Shown: in pieces, positions 45,515 to 64,000 of the stretch
How positions within the stretch are numbered: the stretch's first letter is position 1
Layout of the letters: each line of letters opens with the position of its first letter
DNA from: the human T2T-CHM13v2.0 reference genome, Homo sapiens
Strand: one strand, 5' to 3'
Assembly (NCBI RefSeq): GCF_009914755.1
Contig: NC_060930.1
Length of the DNA: 64,000 nucleotides
Notes under the pieces: model-generated
Database searches by the model: none
Told to the model about the DNA's origin: nothing
Seen by the model: the letters and a program-made list of their open reading frames with translations, nothing else
Program-made: the position numbers and the translations under genes

Positions 45515-47789
45515 AAAAATCATTTTTTCTGTAGTCACATGCTGAAAATCACTTATTCTGTGATCGACCACAACAAGTTAATTTTTTCAAAAAGACTCAA
45601 TTTAGTCTTTTTATACATAAGGCAAAGTCTTAGTATACATAGTCTTAGTATACATAAGGCAAATCTGATTTCCTCCTTTTGGTGATCATGTCATGAAGGT
45701 TAGAGGTCTGACAAAGAGTAAGATATATTTCATACAAATGATCAAGAACATCACATTTAAAATATTTGAGTCCTTGCCACTTTATGCAAGGCATTTGGAG
45801 AATCTTTTGGGGGAAACATTCTCCGGGTAAGACAGAGCTGTCCCCGTGATTCACTGGTGGGACTGACCATCTGATTTGCAAATAATGAAGAAAGTGAAAG
45901 GAGGCGGCTGGATGTCAGCCAGCAGGCTGTGGGAAGACCAGAGCCCTTCTGATGGGGTAGGGCTTTGCTAAATTGAGGAAGATGAGGTGTGCAGATAAGA
46001 GTACAGTATAGTGTGAGGAACAGCAGAGATGTAGAAAAGTTTGGGGAAATGTGTGAAGTTTGAAGCTTCAGAGTGAAGGTTAGTGGCAGGTAGGGAGAAT
46101 GGGGAATGCAGCACGAGGCAAAGTTGAGACCTGTGCTGAAGAAACTCCTGATTGAGCCACAGGAAGCTTGGAGGTGACTCTAGGGGCAGTGAGTGCTAAT
46201 GAAGGGATTTTAATTACCCATGATGGACAGTTAAGAAGAGCTTTGCAAAATAAGGAGTGGGAAGAGAAAGAGGATGAAGATGCTGCTCAGTAGAAAGGAA
46301 GAGGAGGGAAAGGTGGAAGGAAAGGACAGAGAGGCGCCACAGGATGGAAACCTCAGCCCAGGAGCTGAATAGGTTTTACCGTGACGAGGTGTCTGTAGTT
46401 AGGGAACTACCAAGGGGATTTGGGAGTTGAGAGTGAAGAAGGCAGAGATCGACGTATGGGAAGGATGGGTTCAGAGAGAAAGCCAGTGATTGGTTACAGT
46501 TAAGAGGGGAAGGGACCTGCCAGGGCAGTAAAAGGCCATCTGCTGAGGGACTGAGTCCGAGGGCCGTGACGGAAGCTGCAGGAAAGATCTCCAGTTGGTA
46601 GGGTTTTGAGAAATGTGTTATCAGCAGGAGTTGGGTTGAAACAAGATAAAGAGAGTGTTCCAGGAAAAAAAAAAACAAAACCAAAGAGATAGAAACAAAC
46701 ATAACCACAAAGATTTCATAACTTAGGTGGAGAGCTAAGATCACATACATAACCAACTAGTATGACAGTTACTACACACCTACAAATTATTGACCAAGTG
46801 ATTTTCAAAGAACAATTATTTGTTTTTGCCCTAATTAAATGGATTTTAATTTTTTGAGGACACTTGCTATGAATAGTTCACCTCCAGGTTTTTCCTCCAT
46901 CTTGATGAAAATCCTTCCTGGCCAGTTTGCTAAGACTGAACTGTCTTCTGGAAGGCCCCAGCGAACATTCACTCTCCTGTTCTAGCTCACAGTCCTGTGT
47001 TCCTTTGTGATGTACCTCACTTAGCTTCTGGCAGTCTTCTGAATCCAGACCACTCACTTCTGAACTCTAGCCCGAGGTTACACAGCGGAAGAGAGGTAGA
47101 GCTGTTAACGGAATTCCAACTCACTAGGCTCTTGACTGTGGCCCTCCGAGCCCCTCCATTTCACAGCCGGTCCTTGATGGAAACCAGGCTGAGGCTGCTG
47201 TACCAATGATAGTCTGTCCCTAGTGTCCCAAACTTTGGTACTTTTTCAAGTTCTTATTTGAAAAAACTTGTAACTTAGAGTTTGGAGGACACGGAATATA
47301 TTGCTAAATAGGAGAATAAAACTACATTTCCTTAAAACTGTAGAAGGAAGGGTTTCTCTTAGCTGAAGTGTGACTGCCAGGCCCTCAGCATGATTGCCTT
47401 CATTTCCAGCGTCCACTGGGGTCATCTGAGAGTCCATCCCGAAGCCGAATGTCACCTTGTAAAGCTGTGTGTTTGAGAAGTCACAGTCTTGTGGATGAAA
47501 CATCTTTCTCCTGTTAGTATTTGACATAGAGTAAAATAACAAGTAACTTCAGTTTTTTCCTTAGAGGTATATAGGGCAGTAGAATGACATCATACTTGCA
47601 CATCAAAAGCATGTAGTCTGTTTTTGATGCACCTGGCACGTGACAGCCAGCTGTCTGCCCCACGTGTCGGTTGGTGAAGAGTCAAAACAGACCAGCCACT
47701 AGGGTGTCCTACAACATTAGGGGCTATATTAGACAGGGTGGGTAATTTTCTTGCAAATATATTTTTTTCTTTTTTTAACTAGCACCATT

Positions 47790-47817
47790 TGTGTGTGTGT
47801 GTGTGTGTGTGTGTGTA
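47790..47817. repeat. (TG)n microsatellite, ~13 units
   Basis: Directly visible. Confidence 0.95.
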
Positions 47818-48218
47818 TAAGACTCAAATAAAGGGGAAGACTTGCTATTTCATGTTATGAAATAGATTCAGTACTGAAATATTGTGGAGTGAAAGGCATG
47901 AATAATTTTAATCAATTTTCTATGAATTCAGTAAACAGTGATTCAAATGAAAATCAGTATTTTAACTCAACATTCTAATGTGAAAGTTCAGATTGTTTTA
48001 GTTTAAATATTAAGCTGATGCTAAAGTTTATACATAAAAATAAACAGCTAAGAGATGTTATGCTAAAGTATTGATGGTTTTTCTATGAAAGTGTGGTACT
48101 AGTACAAATAGATCACTAAGAAACAAGAGAGTCCAGCTATAGACCCAAATCTGATATGTGATGAAGGCGGCATTTCAAATCATGGGGGAAAGATGGATTG
48201 TTCATGAAATGGTATTAG

Positions 48219-48589
<371 letters not shown>

Positions 48590-49040
48590 CCTATATTATT
48601 TGTTTTACTTAACTCAGTTCCAAACAGATACAAGATTTAAATGTTAAAAAAAAAAAAAAAAAAAAAGCTAACAAAAAACTGTATTTGCCTCAAGGGTGGG
48701 ATGGTGGGGGCAGGGCTAATAGGTGCTAAGTGTACTCTCTACTGGAATATTCTTTGAGATTGGGTGCCATCTATTTCCCATTCCAAAAGTTTATTTGTAA
48801 GATTAATAATTAAACTATTAAATTACTCAAAGGAATTATGGGAGAGAAATACTTTTTAAAAAGAAGTATGAAAGTCCCTTTCTATGTAAGACAAAACCCC
48901 TCAGCGTGACAGTTGTCAGAATGTGGGAATGTTATTGCATTCTCTTTCAAAAGCAATTTGACAAAATCCATCGGTTCTAAATACACAGTCTCCTTAAGCC
49001 TAGCATTTTTTCTTCTGGAAATTTCAGAGACCTTTTGGAT

Positions 49041-49641
49041 TGCAGTTTTCATCTAAAGAACCACCAGGATGGCTGATTAATAGAAAGGAGAGGTTTATAG
49101 GCAGTAACATTTTACAGACTGGGAAGAGACCTTCTCTGGTGTGTGCTGAAGATGAAGGGACACATTGGGTTTTATGCCTCACAGGGCCTGTATCACACTA
49201 GAGTCACATATATTTAGGAGTTTGGGGGCAAAGCGATACGTATGTATGAGAGGAGTCAAGAGCATGTGCAGTAGGTAAACATATGTAACATCCATCCTTG
49301 TTGACTTTGAGGTGAGATTTTAGCATTAAAATGAGGTGGAATTGGGCTCTTTATGTGAAAAGGTGAACTGTGGGACACAGTTTGTGCACAGCCTCAGCGA
49401 GCTGCTGAAACTGGCTTTAAGGCCTGCAGTTGCTTGTCAGAAGAAAATGTTTCTAAGGCCAGTCCTCTGCCCAGTCAGAGTTGTCTTGGTCTGGGTTGTA
49501 AATCAGAGTTAGGAGGGGTCTGATAGGTCCTGTTCTTAGTGAGTTTAGAGCCCTAGTAATTTAAAAAGTTGCTCTATTCCCTTAACCTTAGGATCCATCT
49601 TAGTTGATAAAGCGGTGTCTGTTTTGGTCTGTCCGATCACA
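49041..49641. mobile_element. ERV1 (MER4-group) solo LTR, subfamily uncertain
   Basis: ~600 bp with TG..CA-like ends; contains tagcattaaaatgaggtggaatt...aaaaggtgaact, typical of MER39/MER34-type LTRs by recall. Confidence 0.55.
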
Positions 49642-49929
49642 TGGTATTATAGTACCCAAAGACTGAAAACAAGATAAATGAACATCAGCATATACTGGTC
49701 AAGTTGTAGGAAATATATACAATGGAATTTTATGGAGACAATGTGAAAGAATATTGTGTCCATATGTGCTGATGTACCTTGCAGAATGTTTTATGCTGTT
49801 AAGAGAAAAAAAAAAAGTACCGAGCAAAAATAATACAATTTAGGCCAACTTAGTGTTTAAAAACAAAAAGGATCTATCTCTGTCCATGGGATGTTTGAGT
49901 AAGTATATACAAGGAATTTGTTAGTAGCA

Positions 49930-50370
49930 TGAAACAAAAATTATAGTAGGCCATTGTTTCAGAGTTCCTGCACTAGGCCCCAGCAGACCAGGCCAAACCA
50001 GAATGGAGTTCCTTGTGCTAGATGCTCCATAGTCAAACTGAAACTTGAAGGAAGCAGATAGGTCCCAAAACAAACTGATTTTTTCTCGAGAACAGGAGAT
50101 CCCAGTCTACCTGAGTTAGCATAATAAGGAGTCCCCTCTGCTTTAACCCTTACGAAAAAGTAACCTGAAGTAAACTGATGTTAACCATCAACTTTTTTTC
50201 TGTTGTTCTATTTCCTTATTAACCCATCCTTAAAAACCAAGTGTTCTGTTAATGCCCAGTGGGAGTGCTCGTTCTAGATCGTAGGAAGGAGGCTGCCCAG
50301 ATTCATGAATCTCAAGTAAAGGCCAAGTCGATCTGTAACTGAATTTGTTGTAATTTTGTGTCTTTTGACA
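49930..50370 (+). mobile_element. ERV1 solo LTR (LTR37/MER31-like)
   Basis: aaaaattatagtaggccattgttt...cctgcactaggcccc.gcagaccag...gtcttttgaca. Confidence 0.65.
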
Positions 50371-51006
50371 GTAGTAGTTCCTTAGAATGACTAGCATCTC
50401 AGGATGTTAGGCGTATTTCTCAAATTGCATATACTTTTATTGTTTGAATTTTTTTTATTATACATGTATTCCATTTCAAATTAAAAAGCCTACTTAAAAA
50501 TACAACAGATCGCTATAAAGCAGTTAGAAATAGGTCCTCATGTTGAGTGGGAAAAAGAAAACTTGCAAAGAGATACATACAGTATGACATCCTTTAGGTC
50601 AATTTTAAAAATATAAAGCAGTTGTTTGTGAATGTGTACATGTGCAGCTGAAGTATGAAAACACACATAGGAATGGATACAGGTTCAGAAAAGTAGTGGT
50701 TACTTCTGGAGAGAAAGAAAGAGAGGGCTGTAGCTGCATCTAATAGTTTCTTTGTTGCTGTTTTCAAAGTTCCTAAGCAAATACGGTAAAATGTGTTCAC
50801 ATCAGTAAAATTAGATTGATGCTACCTTTTGTGCTTTCCTACATGTTTGGAAATTAAAATATTATGTATGTAAAATTGTTTTGAATACATTTCTATTAAT
50901 TGTTTTTAGTACTCCTGTTGTATTCAATTGTGTCAGTTCATTATTGAATTGAGTCATGGTTTCCAAAAGTCACAAAAATTCTCCTTCTTTTTACCCCTCT
51001 CAATAG

Positions 51007-52328
<1,322 letters not shown>

Positions 52329-53230
52329 ATACCACTCTGGGTCATTGAGTTGAAAATAGATTTTATTCAAAAGAACTGCTTGCAGTTGCCCTTATTCACT
52401 AGTAGCAAACCTGGATTCAATTGTAGATGGTCATTAACTCTAACTTTAGTTCAGTCTTACTTATCTGTGTGAAGTCACAGATTCAAACGCTGGGTTGGTA
52501 AAGTAAAAGCAGAATGGGCGGTGGAGGCTGCAGAAGGCTGAGGGCCCCTGCTGTCGCCCGTGGATCACTGCATTTGCAGGGAAGCTGAGCCCACGTTCTG
52601 ATCTCCACATCTTCAGAGAGATGAGAAGTCTTGGTTATTTGTCACCTTCTGATTTTAACATCTCAGCAGCTAACACGTTTGTTTTAAAATCTTGAGCCAG
52701 AAACGTGTATGTGGATGGGATGTGGCTCATCCTGCTGGTTTAAGACCTCTGCATTCACTGTTTTAACTTCCTGTTTGACTAGGCTATGAATAGAAATACT
52801 GAGGCAGAAGAGAAATGTGTGGAATGGGAAATAATTTGGGAATTAAGGGTATTTATGTCTGATCTGAAATTAAATAAGAAGGTAGTCTCCCATTATTTTT
52901 TAACAATTCCTGAACCCTGTCTCCTCTGTAAGCACATTGGGCCAAGAATTGAATGTCTGTTCTAAACAGCAAGGACCTCACTTGTAAGCCCAAAGCAGGG
53001 TGCAGGTCCCGGCTGAAGGCTGGCAGTCATAGACAGGAGCTGCCTGTCAGCAGGACCAGGGGTGTGGGCTGGGTAGAAGCGTTGGGAGACTCCTGGGGTC
53101 TGGCTCTCTGGTCACTTGGCCCACATCCTTCTCATAGTTTGTTCTTCTCCCATTTGGCATTTGTCTCTCGGCTTCTCCATAATGGCACTCTTAGGACCTG
53201 ACACTAAAGGACACTCAGGCCGTTAGAGTA

Positions 53231-53350
53231 GGGGAGGAAGGAGAAGGAGGAGAGCCCACAGGGGAGGAAGGAGAAGGAGGAGAGCCCACAGGGGAGGAAG
53301 GAGAAGGAGGAGAGCCCACAGGGGAGGAAGGAGAAGGAGGAGAGCCCACA
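53231..53350 (+). repeat. Perfect 30-bp x4 purine-rich tandem repeat (VNTR candidate)
   Basis: ggggaggaaggagaaggaggagagcccaca repeated exactly four times. Confidence 0.97.
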
Positions 53351-53717
53351 GCACCTTATCTGACACGGGGATTATTGTCAGAATAGTAGCTACTGATGCT
53401 GCTTAATTACTTCTTCACTCTCATCTTTTTCTCCCACACCCCAACTCGGTCTTTTTAATGTCCCCCTCGTTGCCCTTCTCTCCCCTTTATTGTTAGTGTT
53501 AAACAGCTGCTTTTCAAAGTTCTGTCGTCCCTTTCGTCCTCCCCAAGCCTCTAGAATTAAAGGGTATTCTGCTTATTTGTAAATGTATAAGACTAGATTT
53601 ATCAGTGTCTAGGCCTCTAGAAGTCTTTTCTACTGTGTACCACTTAACATTCTTACAGTCTGCATTTATCTGAAGTGATGTGGACTGACAGCCCTTTAAA
53701 AAAATTATCTATATTTT

Positions 53718-55850
<2,133 letters not shown>

Positions 55851-56019
55851 AAAGTAATCTGATAGCCCTCTTTAAGTTGCTTCTGATTTGTCTTTTGCAC
55901 TAAAAGAATCTGTAATTCAAGGCTTAAAATTGACTACACAGCCTTTACTCTTAACATCCATATTATACTCCTATACTATACCCTTTTCTCCATCAAAAAA
56001 AAATTGATTTGCCCAGTAG

Positions 56020-56256
<237 letters not shown>

Positions 56257-56858
56257 TAAGTTTAAAGGGGAGCCAGGGAACCAGGGCCGTGGTAGAAGTA
56301 TACATTAATACAAAGTATATACCCTACCAAGAGGCAGCTGGCCTTTTCCCTTTCCAGTGATCTCCTAAGTTTTGGATATGATTCAGTTATTTTTATTTGG
56401 ATCTTAACTGAGAAGCTTACTTAAAAAAAAAAAAAAGGATTTTTGATTTACAAGGTTAATAAGTGAAATATTTATTTTATTTAATGATTTCCCAAACTGT
56501 TTTCATTACTTCTAGCTTTATCAATTTATGACATATTAAGGTTTCATTGCTAATGTCACAGGAAAGCTAAAAAGAATAATAATAACAACTCTCTTTTAAA
56601 TGTTTTACTGTTTTGTTAATCACTTGCCATGTGCCAGGCATTGTGCAGAGAGGTTTGTATCATTCGCATGTAGCCCTCATATCCCTTTGTGGTACATAAA
56701 ACCCCTGTTTTACTGCAGGCAAACTGATGCCCAGAGAGACGCATCGAGTGTTCCAGTCAGGAAGCCAGGCCCTCAGGCGCCAAAGCACGTGTTTCAGCTC
56801 CTGTGCCTAAAAACGTGGTCCGGAGCTTTGTGTTAGCTTAGGTTTCTCTTAGATTTAA

Positions 56859-57179
<321 letters not shown>

Positions 57180-58363
57180 AAAAAAAAAAAGTTTTTAACA
57201 GTACTTGTAGATACCCTACTTAACAGGAAAGCATGTGGGCACCAGTGACCACTGTAGGATTCTTTGGAGAGACCTAAATAAGGCTGTAGTCTATGCCAGT
57301 GTAGCTTGAAGGAGATATATTAGTAATTTATGACTTCCATCAGAATTTTCAAGTACTCCTTCCAGCAGTTATGTTTAGTTTATTTTTTGAAATTACTAAT
57401 ACTTTTTCCCAATATTCCAATTCCATGATTCAAGGCAGATATCAAAGAATGTTAATCTGTGTCTGGAAAAATTAAAAACAACATTTGACATATATTTAGA
57501 CATCAAGATCTAGATCTAGATCTAGTTTAATAAGTCCTACAAGTTCTCCAAAGTATATTTAAATAGCTTCAGTGATTAAATGAGTTCTCTTTTGACTGCA
57601 CACTTTTGCTGCCTCTTACCCAGTTTCTTCCATTATATATTTTCCTGCTCAATTGCATGCATAATAAAGTGAATAATTCTCTGTCTTGTTAGTCAACTGT
57701 GTCTTGTTTCAGAGTCAAATTTGAAGTTTTCAGTCATGGTCAGTAGTGATGTGCATCATTGTCAGCTGTTCTTTAAATGTGAATATAAAGTATATTGAAA
57801 ATTCATATAAATTAGCCCCATTTTGAAAACGAAGGAAGCAGAGACTGAGAAAAATGAGTGGCCACGTTTTCATGGCTGATGAGTGAGGTTCCAGCTCATG
57901 CCTGGGGGTCTCTGACTCTGGTTTTTGGTGCTCTCCTCTGCTCCACACTTGCTCTCTGATTTGCTTATAACCTTAAGGCAAGTTTCGTGACCTGTTGGAA
58001 CCTCAGTTTCTTCATCTCGAAAGCAAGGAGGTTGGCTTTAAGAATTCTTTCTGCTCTAAAATATCATTCCAGGCTGAAACCACATTAAAGCAGTCCTAAC
58101 TTGAACCTGTGCCTCTGAGGCATCTCTGTCTCTCTGTAGTGCTGTGAACGATTTAACACCCTGTGTATTTGTATTTAACTAAACTGTATAAATGAGTCAC
58201 TTAAACTTAAAACAATTATAAAAAATGTTTTTAAGTATTAACACTTTTTCAGCAATTAATCCATTTTATATGACAGCTGTATTCTAGTCATGGAACATAA
58301 ATCTTATACTAGAAAAAGAGATCTGAAATTAAATATACTTGAGCACTATAAGAATTCACCTTG

Positions 58364-58699
<336 letters not shown>

Positions 58700-58790
58700 T
58701 CAAATTTTTCTGTGGTCCATAACAGTGCCCAAAAATTGAAATGCTTACAAGCTGGTCAAGGAGTTGTCATGATATATAATCCCCACAGAA

Positions 58791-58935
58791 GCGCACCTGT
58801 AGTCCCAGCTACTTGGGAGACTGAGGCAGGATAATCGCTTGAACCAGGAGGTGGAGGTTACAGTGAGCCGAGATCGCGCCACTGTACTCCAGCCTGGCGA
58901 CAGAGTGAGACTCTGTCTCAAAAAAATAAATAAAA
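58791..58935 (+). mobile_element. Alu right-arm fragment
   Basis: gcgcacctgtagtcccagctact...gagactctgtctcaaaaaa. Confidence 0.88.
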
Positions 58936-60318
58936 TAGAGTAATTAATAAATAAAAGTGTTGCAGGTTAGCCTAATTCATTAAGCATTCAGTATGCTCCC
59001 AAAACTCCTCCAGGTCCTGAAAACACAAATGCTTCCTCTAAGTCCCTCTGGCTGCTGTAATAGGTAAATGGATAGCGGCAGTCAGGTGTGATGAATAGAA
59101 TCACAAAATATGCTCAAAATGCCTAGGAAGACTCTACCTGCGGCTGCAGGGAGTACTTCCAAAGAGAGGATGACTTAGTTGCCAATGACTGAAATGTACT
59201 GAGTACATACTAGGTTCTTTACATAAATCTTTAATTCCCTTATCACCTTAGAAGGTAGGTCATTCTGGTCTCATTCTTCCACAAGGAGATTTCAGCCCCT
59301 AAGGCTACCTAAGTGTTGGAGTCAGAATTCAAACCCCATGCCATCCAGCTGCAGGACACATCTGGTCTCTTGTGTAAGCTGCGTTTTAAAGGAATGTCTA
59401 GAGAAAGGAGACTCAAGGGAAGTCAGCTGAGAATGCAGGAAAAGAAGACACGGGCCCCTGAGAGCATCACACTGGCCTTTGGCTTGGCACATGAATGAAA
59501 GTAGAAGCAATGCGACTGGAACTTCGTAGAAATAAGATTCCTTTTCCCATTGTAGATATTTTGCTTCCTTTTCTTCTGTTTACTAAAAGAAAAATTCTAA
59601 AACCCAAATTAATCTTGTCTTTTTCAGTAGCCCTTTGGATGGCTATGTTCTAGCTGTCCTCTAATTTCAGAAATGTCCTTTGGATATAGATGTGATTTCT
59701 GGAAGTAGTCAAGTTTATTTAAGTTTTTGAGTCTTAAGTGACCTCCCCCCCACCCCCTCCCCATAGCCAAATTTATTGATTACACTTTGGGTCTCTACTA
59801 AAGAGACTTGTTTTCCGCTGTCATGAACTGCTTCTGAAGGCAATTCCAAAAGAAACAAGCACATATGCTGATGAGCAGGACAGCCCCTTTGGGACAGTTG
59901 TGGCCTCTGGAGAGAGCCTGTTGAAAGGCAACTTTAATTTGGATGTAGAAATGCCAGCATGTGGCTATTGCCCCCTGTGGCCAACTCAGATTGGCGTGCT
60001 CACTACTCACTGCCCCAGGGAACTAGGGGGGCGTTTTTTCAGGTCTGCCCTTCACTCTGGGGTGACCGAATGTTTCAGACACAGTCAAGCAAATAGAGTG
60101 CCCGTAAACATCACACCTTCTGGAGTCAAACTGTTCTGTTTACCAGATCAAGCTTAATTAAATGCCTAATTGGCCATTGAACAATCTGATTACATTAGGT
60201 TTCATTTACCACAGTTTCCAGTTCTAGTGCACCCGAAAGACAGGACAAGGTTAAAACTGGTAAGTAAATGTAGACGAGAGTTGTAAAATTCTTACAAGGA
60301 AAGTCGTAAGACTGATGA

Positions 60319-60459
<141 letters not shown>

Positions 60460-61411
60460 TAAGCTCTTTCTTACACCGTACTTTAAAGCTAAGCGAGTTA
60501 TTCATCTTTTGGAAAGTATTTTTAAATATATTTAATGCCCCACATAACTGATAATATATGTTAGTGTTGTAGGAGTACTGAAGATAATTAACACAAATTA
60601 ATGCCTGTCATTATATTGTTTATTCTTTATCTTTCAGACTTTTAGTATTGAACAAATATACTATTTTGATCATTTTTTTCTAAAGTGTCTTGAAGTGTAT
60701 TTTACATAGTTTTTCTGCCAGCCCTATATGTTTAACTGATGAACTCAATTCAAATATTTATGTTTCTTCCCTTGTAAAGTACATGTATGTTATCAGAATA
60801 AGGTACCCTTTCAGATATATGGGTAATAGTGTTTTTGGTAATAGTGTTTTTTCCAGTAAACCAGCTGTCAAATTGAGATAAGGAGCTACCAAATGGAAGC
60901 TGGGAGTTAAAGACATCATTGAGAATATCTGTCTTAGAATTACTTGGTTATTGCATAATGTGACACAAGCCCTTCGGTTTCATTCCACATTTTGATTGGT
61001 GGTAGATTTTCTGTCTAGGTGATATTTAGTTGTAGATTCCCAAATGAAATTCTGGAAAAGAGAACTGTAGCTATCTTCTGATCCTATTGACTTAACCCTG
61101 TAACAATTAGATTGGGAACCTGAAGCCTTGAGTGTTCTCATCCTGGACTCAATCGAGGATGAGGAAACATCTGGTCTTATTCTGTAGTCTTTGGAAACTT
61201 GATAAAATTGCAGGAATAGTATTAGATTCTCTAATTACTTGTGCCTGCATGTTTGAAAAACTCCAAATCCTGGAAGCCTCCAAGCTGAAGAGCTGTAACC
61301 AAGAGCCCTTTTTATGCTTTTTCCCTCAAAGCAAATTTGGGATAATTAACTTCTGAGTAGTTATATTAAAGATTTTTTTTTCCTGTTTTCTCTGGACTTA
61401 ATAAAAATTGA

Positions 61412-61794
<383 letters not shown>

Positions 61795-63343
61795 TGCCTC
61801 ACATTCTTAAAGGGGACTTTGTCCCAGGTTTGCAGTGGTGGTACAGAGCTAAGGGTTCCAGCCTTTCATTGACCGGCAAGTTTTAAGTAGAACTGCACCC
61901 ATGCACCCAGTAGGCAGGTCTGCCTGTGTGGGCGTCTATACATGGAAGAAGCTGAGGAAAGCCACCGCGTCTTCAGGAGGCCCAGAGAAAGCAGAGACTA
62001 ACTCTTTGCTCTAAAAGTGCAGTAACCTTGCCCGCTCATGAAACAGAGCCCCGTGAAATTGGGCCTTAGCCAAGCACAGTTGCTGCTCTCGGCCCACTCA
62101 CTGAGGGAGGTCCCGAAAGTCATCTCCTCTGCAGCTTTCAGCTAGTTTCTTGGATCTGGGCTCTCCCTGAGGGGGTTATAGTAATTGTTCTCAGAGATTT
62201 TAGTCTCTTTTTAAACTACTCTTATCCTTGGAGTAGGTCACCTTCCTGACCTAACAGCCTCTGAACTTTAATATCCCAATCCGCTTTTCCCATCTTCCTC
62301 TTAAAAAAAAAAATTAGGACTGGGTATACCTTTTTTTCCTTTTTATGTCTGTCTGGCCTTGCCTCTCTGAGGTCTCAGCCGAAACAAATCTCTCTTCCTT
62401 CAGCGCAATCTGTGTGATTTTTCTCATTTTCTTTTTACTTTCTTATGGTACTTTTTCAAGTCTGCAAGAATAAAACCTGTTCCATAAATTATTTCATTCT
62501 CCTTGAATCTCTGAATGAATCTCTGAGTGAATCTGCTTCCTGAATAGTGGTCCTTTTACAGTCCATGTGTTTGTTTTTTCATTCTCTTCTTGGATTATAA
62601 CTCAATTATTTTTCATTTTCAAGCCAAGAAGATAGATAACATTCTCAGTATAATAAGGACTTCTATTGCTCTGAAATGTGTTTTGATAAGAGCTACTGTC
62701 CTGCAGTCTGAACCTCTAGAATCTGTCATTGTGATCAAAGTTTATGAAATGAATGAGGCAGAACCAACTTGAGACTATTGGTGACTCAGGTAGTGATTCC
62801 AGAAGCCTGTACATGAGCTCCAGCATCCAGGTTCCTCTGCAGCTGCCCCCATGGCCTTGGATGCTGTTTTAAATAAGATGAAAAAACCAGGTTTGGGACA
62901 GCAGACCTATTGTCACCTAGCAGTGCCTAGAAGAAATGATCCTCAGGCTCAAAACTTACACGAGGTCTCTACACCCCCACATAGAATTTAGCTGGTTTCC
63001 CTTCCTCACCTCCCACCACAACTAAAACCCCAGTGAGCTAGTGTAAGCCTCGCCTGAATTTGTGAACTTTTGCCCTAGTCACAGATAGAAGAGAAGACCA
63101 GTGAGAAAAGAATGGAGGCCTACCCTCTTCAGGCAAGCCTTGCCCAGGTGGACGTGATACCCGGGGGTTGGAAGTGAGCCAGCCCACTGTGCTTAGGCAC
63201 ATAGCAGTCCACGGAAGAAAACAGCTAGCCTGGTTCTTGCTTTTAAGATGTAGTACCTCCCCCTCCCCCCACCTTGCCACTAGTAGTAAAACAATGACTA
63301 TCAGGCTCTGGCCAATCTGATTAATCGCTTCTATGAGCCAGAA

Positions 63344-63572
63344 CAATGCTACTCAAAGTATGGTCCACAGACCACTTGCCCATCTGAAAACTGCTTGTTC
63401 CTGATCCACCGTGAGATAGGTACAGTACATGAGAATATTTTGAAAACTTGAGGACAATTTGGTATTGTTGAAAAATCAAAATGTGTAATGTTATATTTCA
63501 CCAAACTATTAGTCTGTGATAGATTCGAAATTTTTAAAAACTAGTCCTTCATCACGTGTAGCTTGAGACAGC
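63344..63572. mobile_element. hAT-Charlie (Charlie4-like) non-autonomous DNA transposon
   Basis: caatgctactcaaagtatggtccacagacc ... tagtccttcatcac...ttgaga resembles recalled termini. Confidence 0.6.
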
Positions 63573-63875
63573 TAGACTAGAAAGAAACATTGTCTTGTAA
63601 CCAGCACTGTCCTTGGGAGAGGGAAGCTGGTGTCTCCTCTCCATGGGCTGAGCTACTCACGTGGGAGCAGAAGGGTTTCCCACAGGTGTGTTCTTTAAAC
63701 ATAATATCTAACAGGAACAGAAACCATTGAACCATTTATGTACCTTTCAAAGAGGAACAAGAATGACCCTCCAAAGGACTTCTCATTCTGAAAAGAATTA
63801 CTTGCTGATTCACATCAATTGTATTTATTATTTTTCCATGTAACAAAATTACTTCTTTCTGGAACATTGGCATAG

Positions 63876-64000
<125 letters not shown>

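Noticed and set aside
57506-57525. (AGATCT)n self-complementary run; also the 15-bp duplication at 60822-60851
   Set aside because: Short slippage products of a kind common in introns; no further support.

Overview
This is primate (human-like) genomic DNA, AT-rich, with no CpG island. The whole window lies inside the sorting nexin 9 gene (SNX9) on the + strand, from within intron 1 to exon 8, which is cut by the window end. Seven GT-AG coding exons splice into one open frame matching my recollection of SNX9 residues ~5-277: 21721-21807, 27271-27345, 29216-29341, 51007-51178, 56108-56255, 60339-60423 and 63876-64000+. They encode the SH3 domain, the low-complexity clathrin/AP-2-binding region (PWSAW, WDEDW) and the start of the PX unit. 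The introns hold about 25 Alus, L1/L2/MIR fragments, MaLR/ERV solo LTRs (THE1, MST/MLT1, MER21, LTR37-like, MER11D-like), a near full-length dead Tigger1, MER DNA transposons and tandem repeats. Nearly all ORFs in the supplied track are repeat-derived noise. I cannot support a new protein-coding system here. The most interesting structures are splicing-related: an exact 60-bp tandem duplication that copies the exon 2 splice donor and creates a second, stop-containing (poison) donor; a 288-nt stop-free exon 2-4 block suited to circRNA and rolling-circle translation; a ~70-bp direct repeat bracketing exon 3; an AT-rich insert with a 22-bp flanking duplication; and several antisense Alus that have gained splice sites. 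Repeat subfamily names come from recalled consensus sequences, and their boundaries are approximate.
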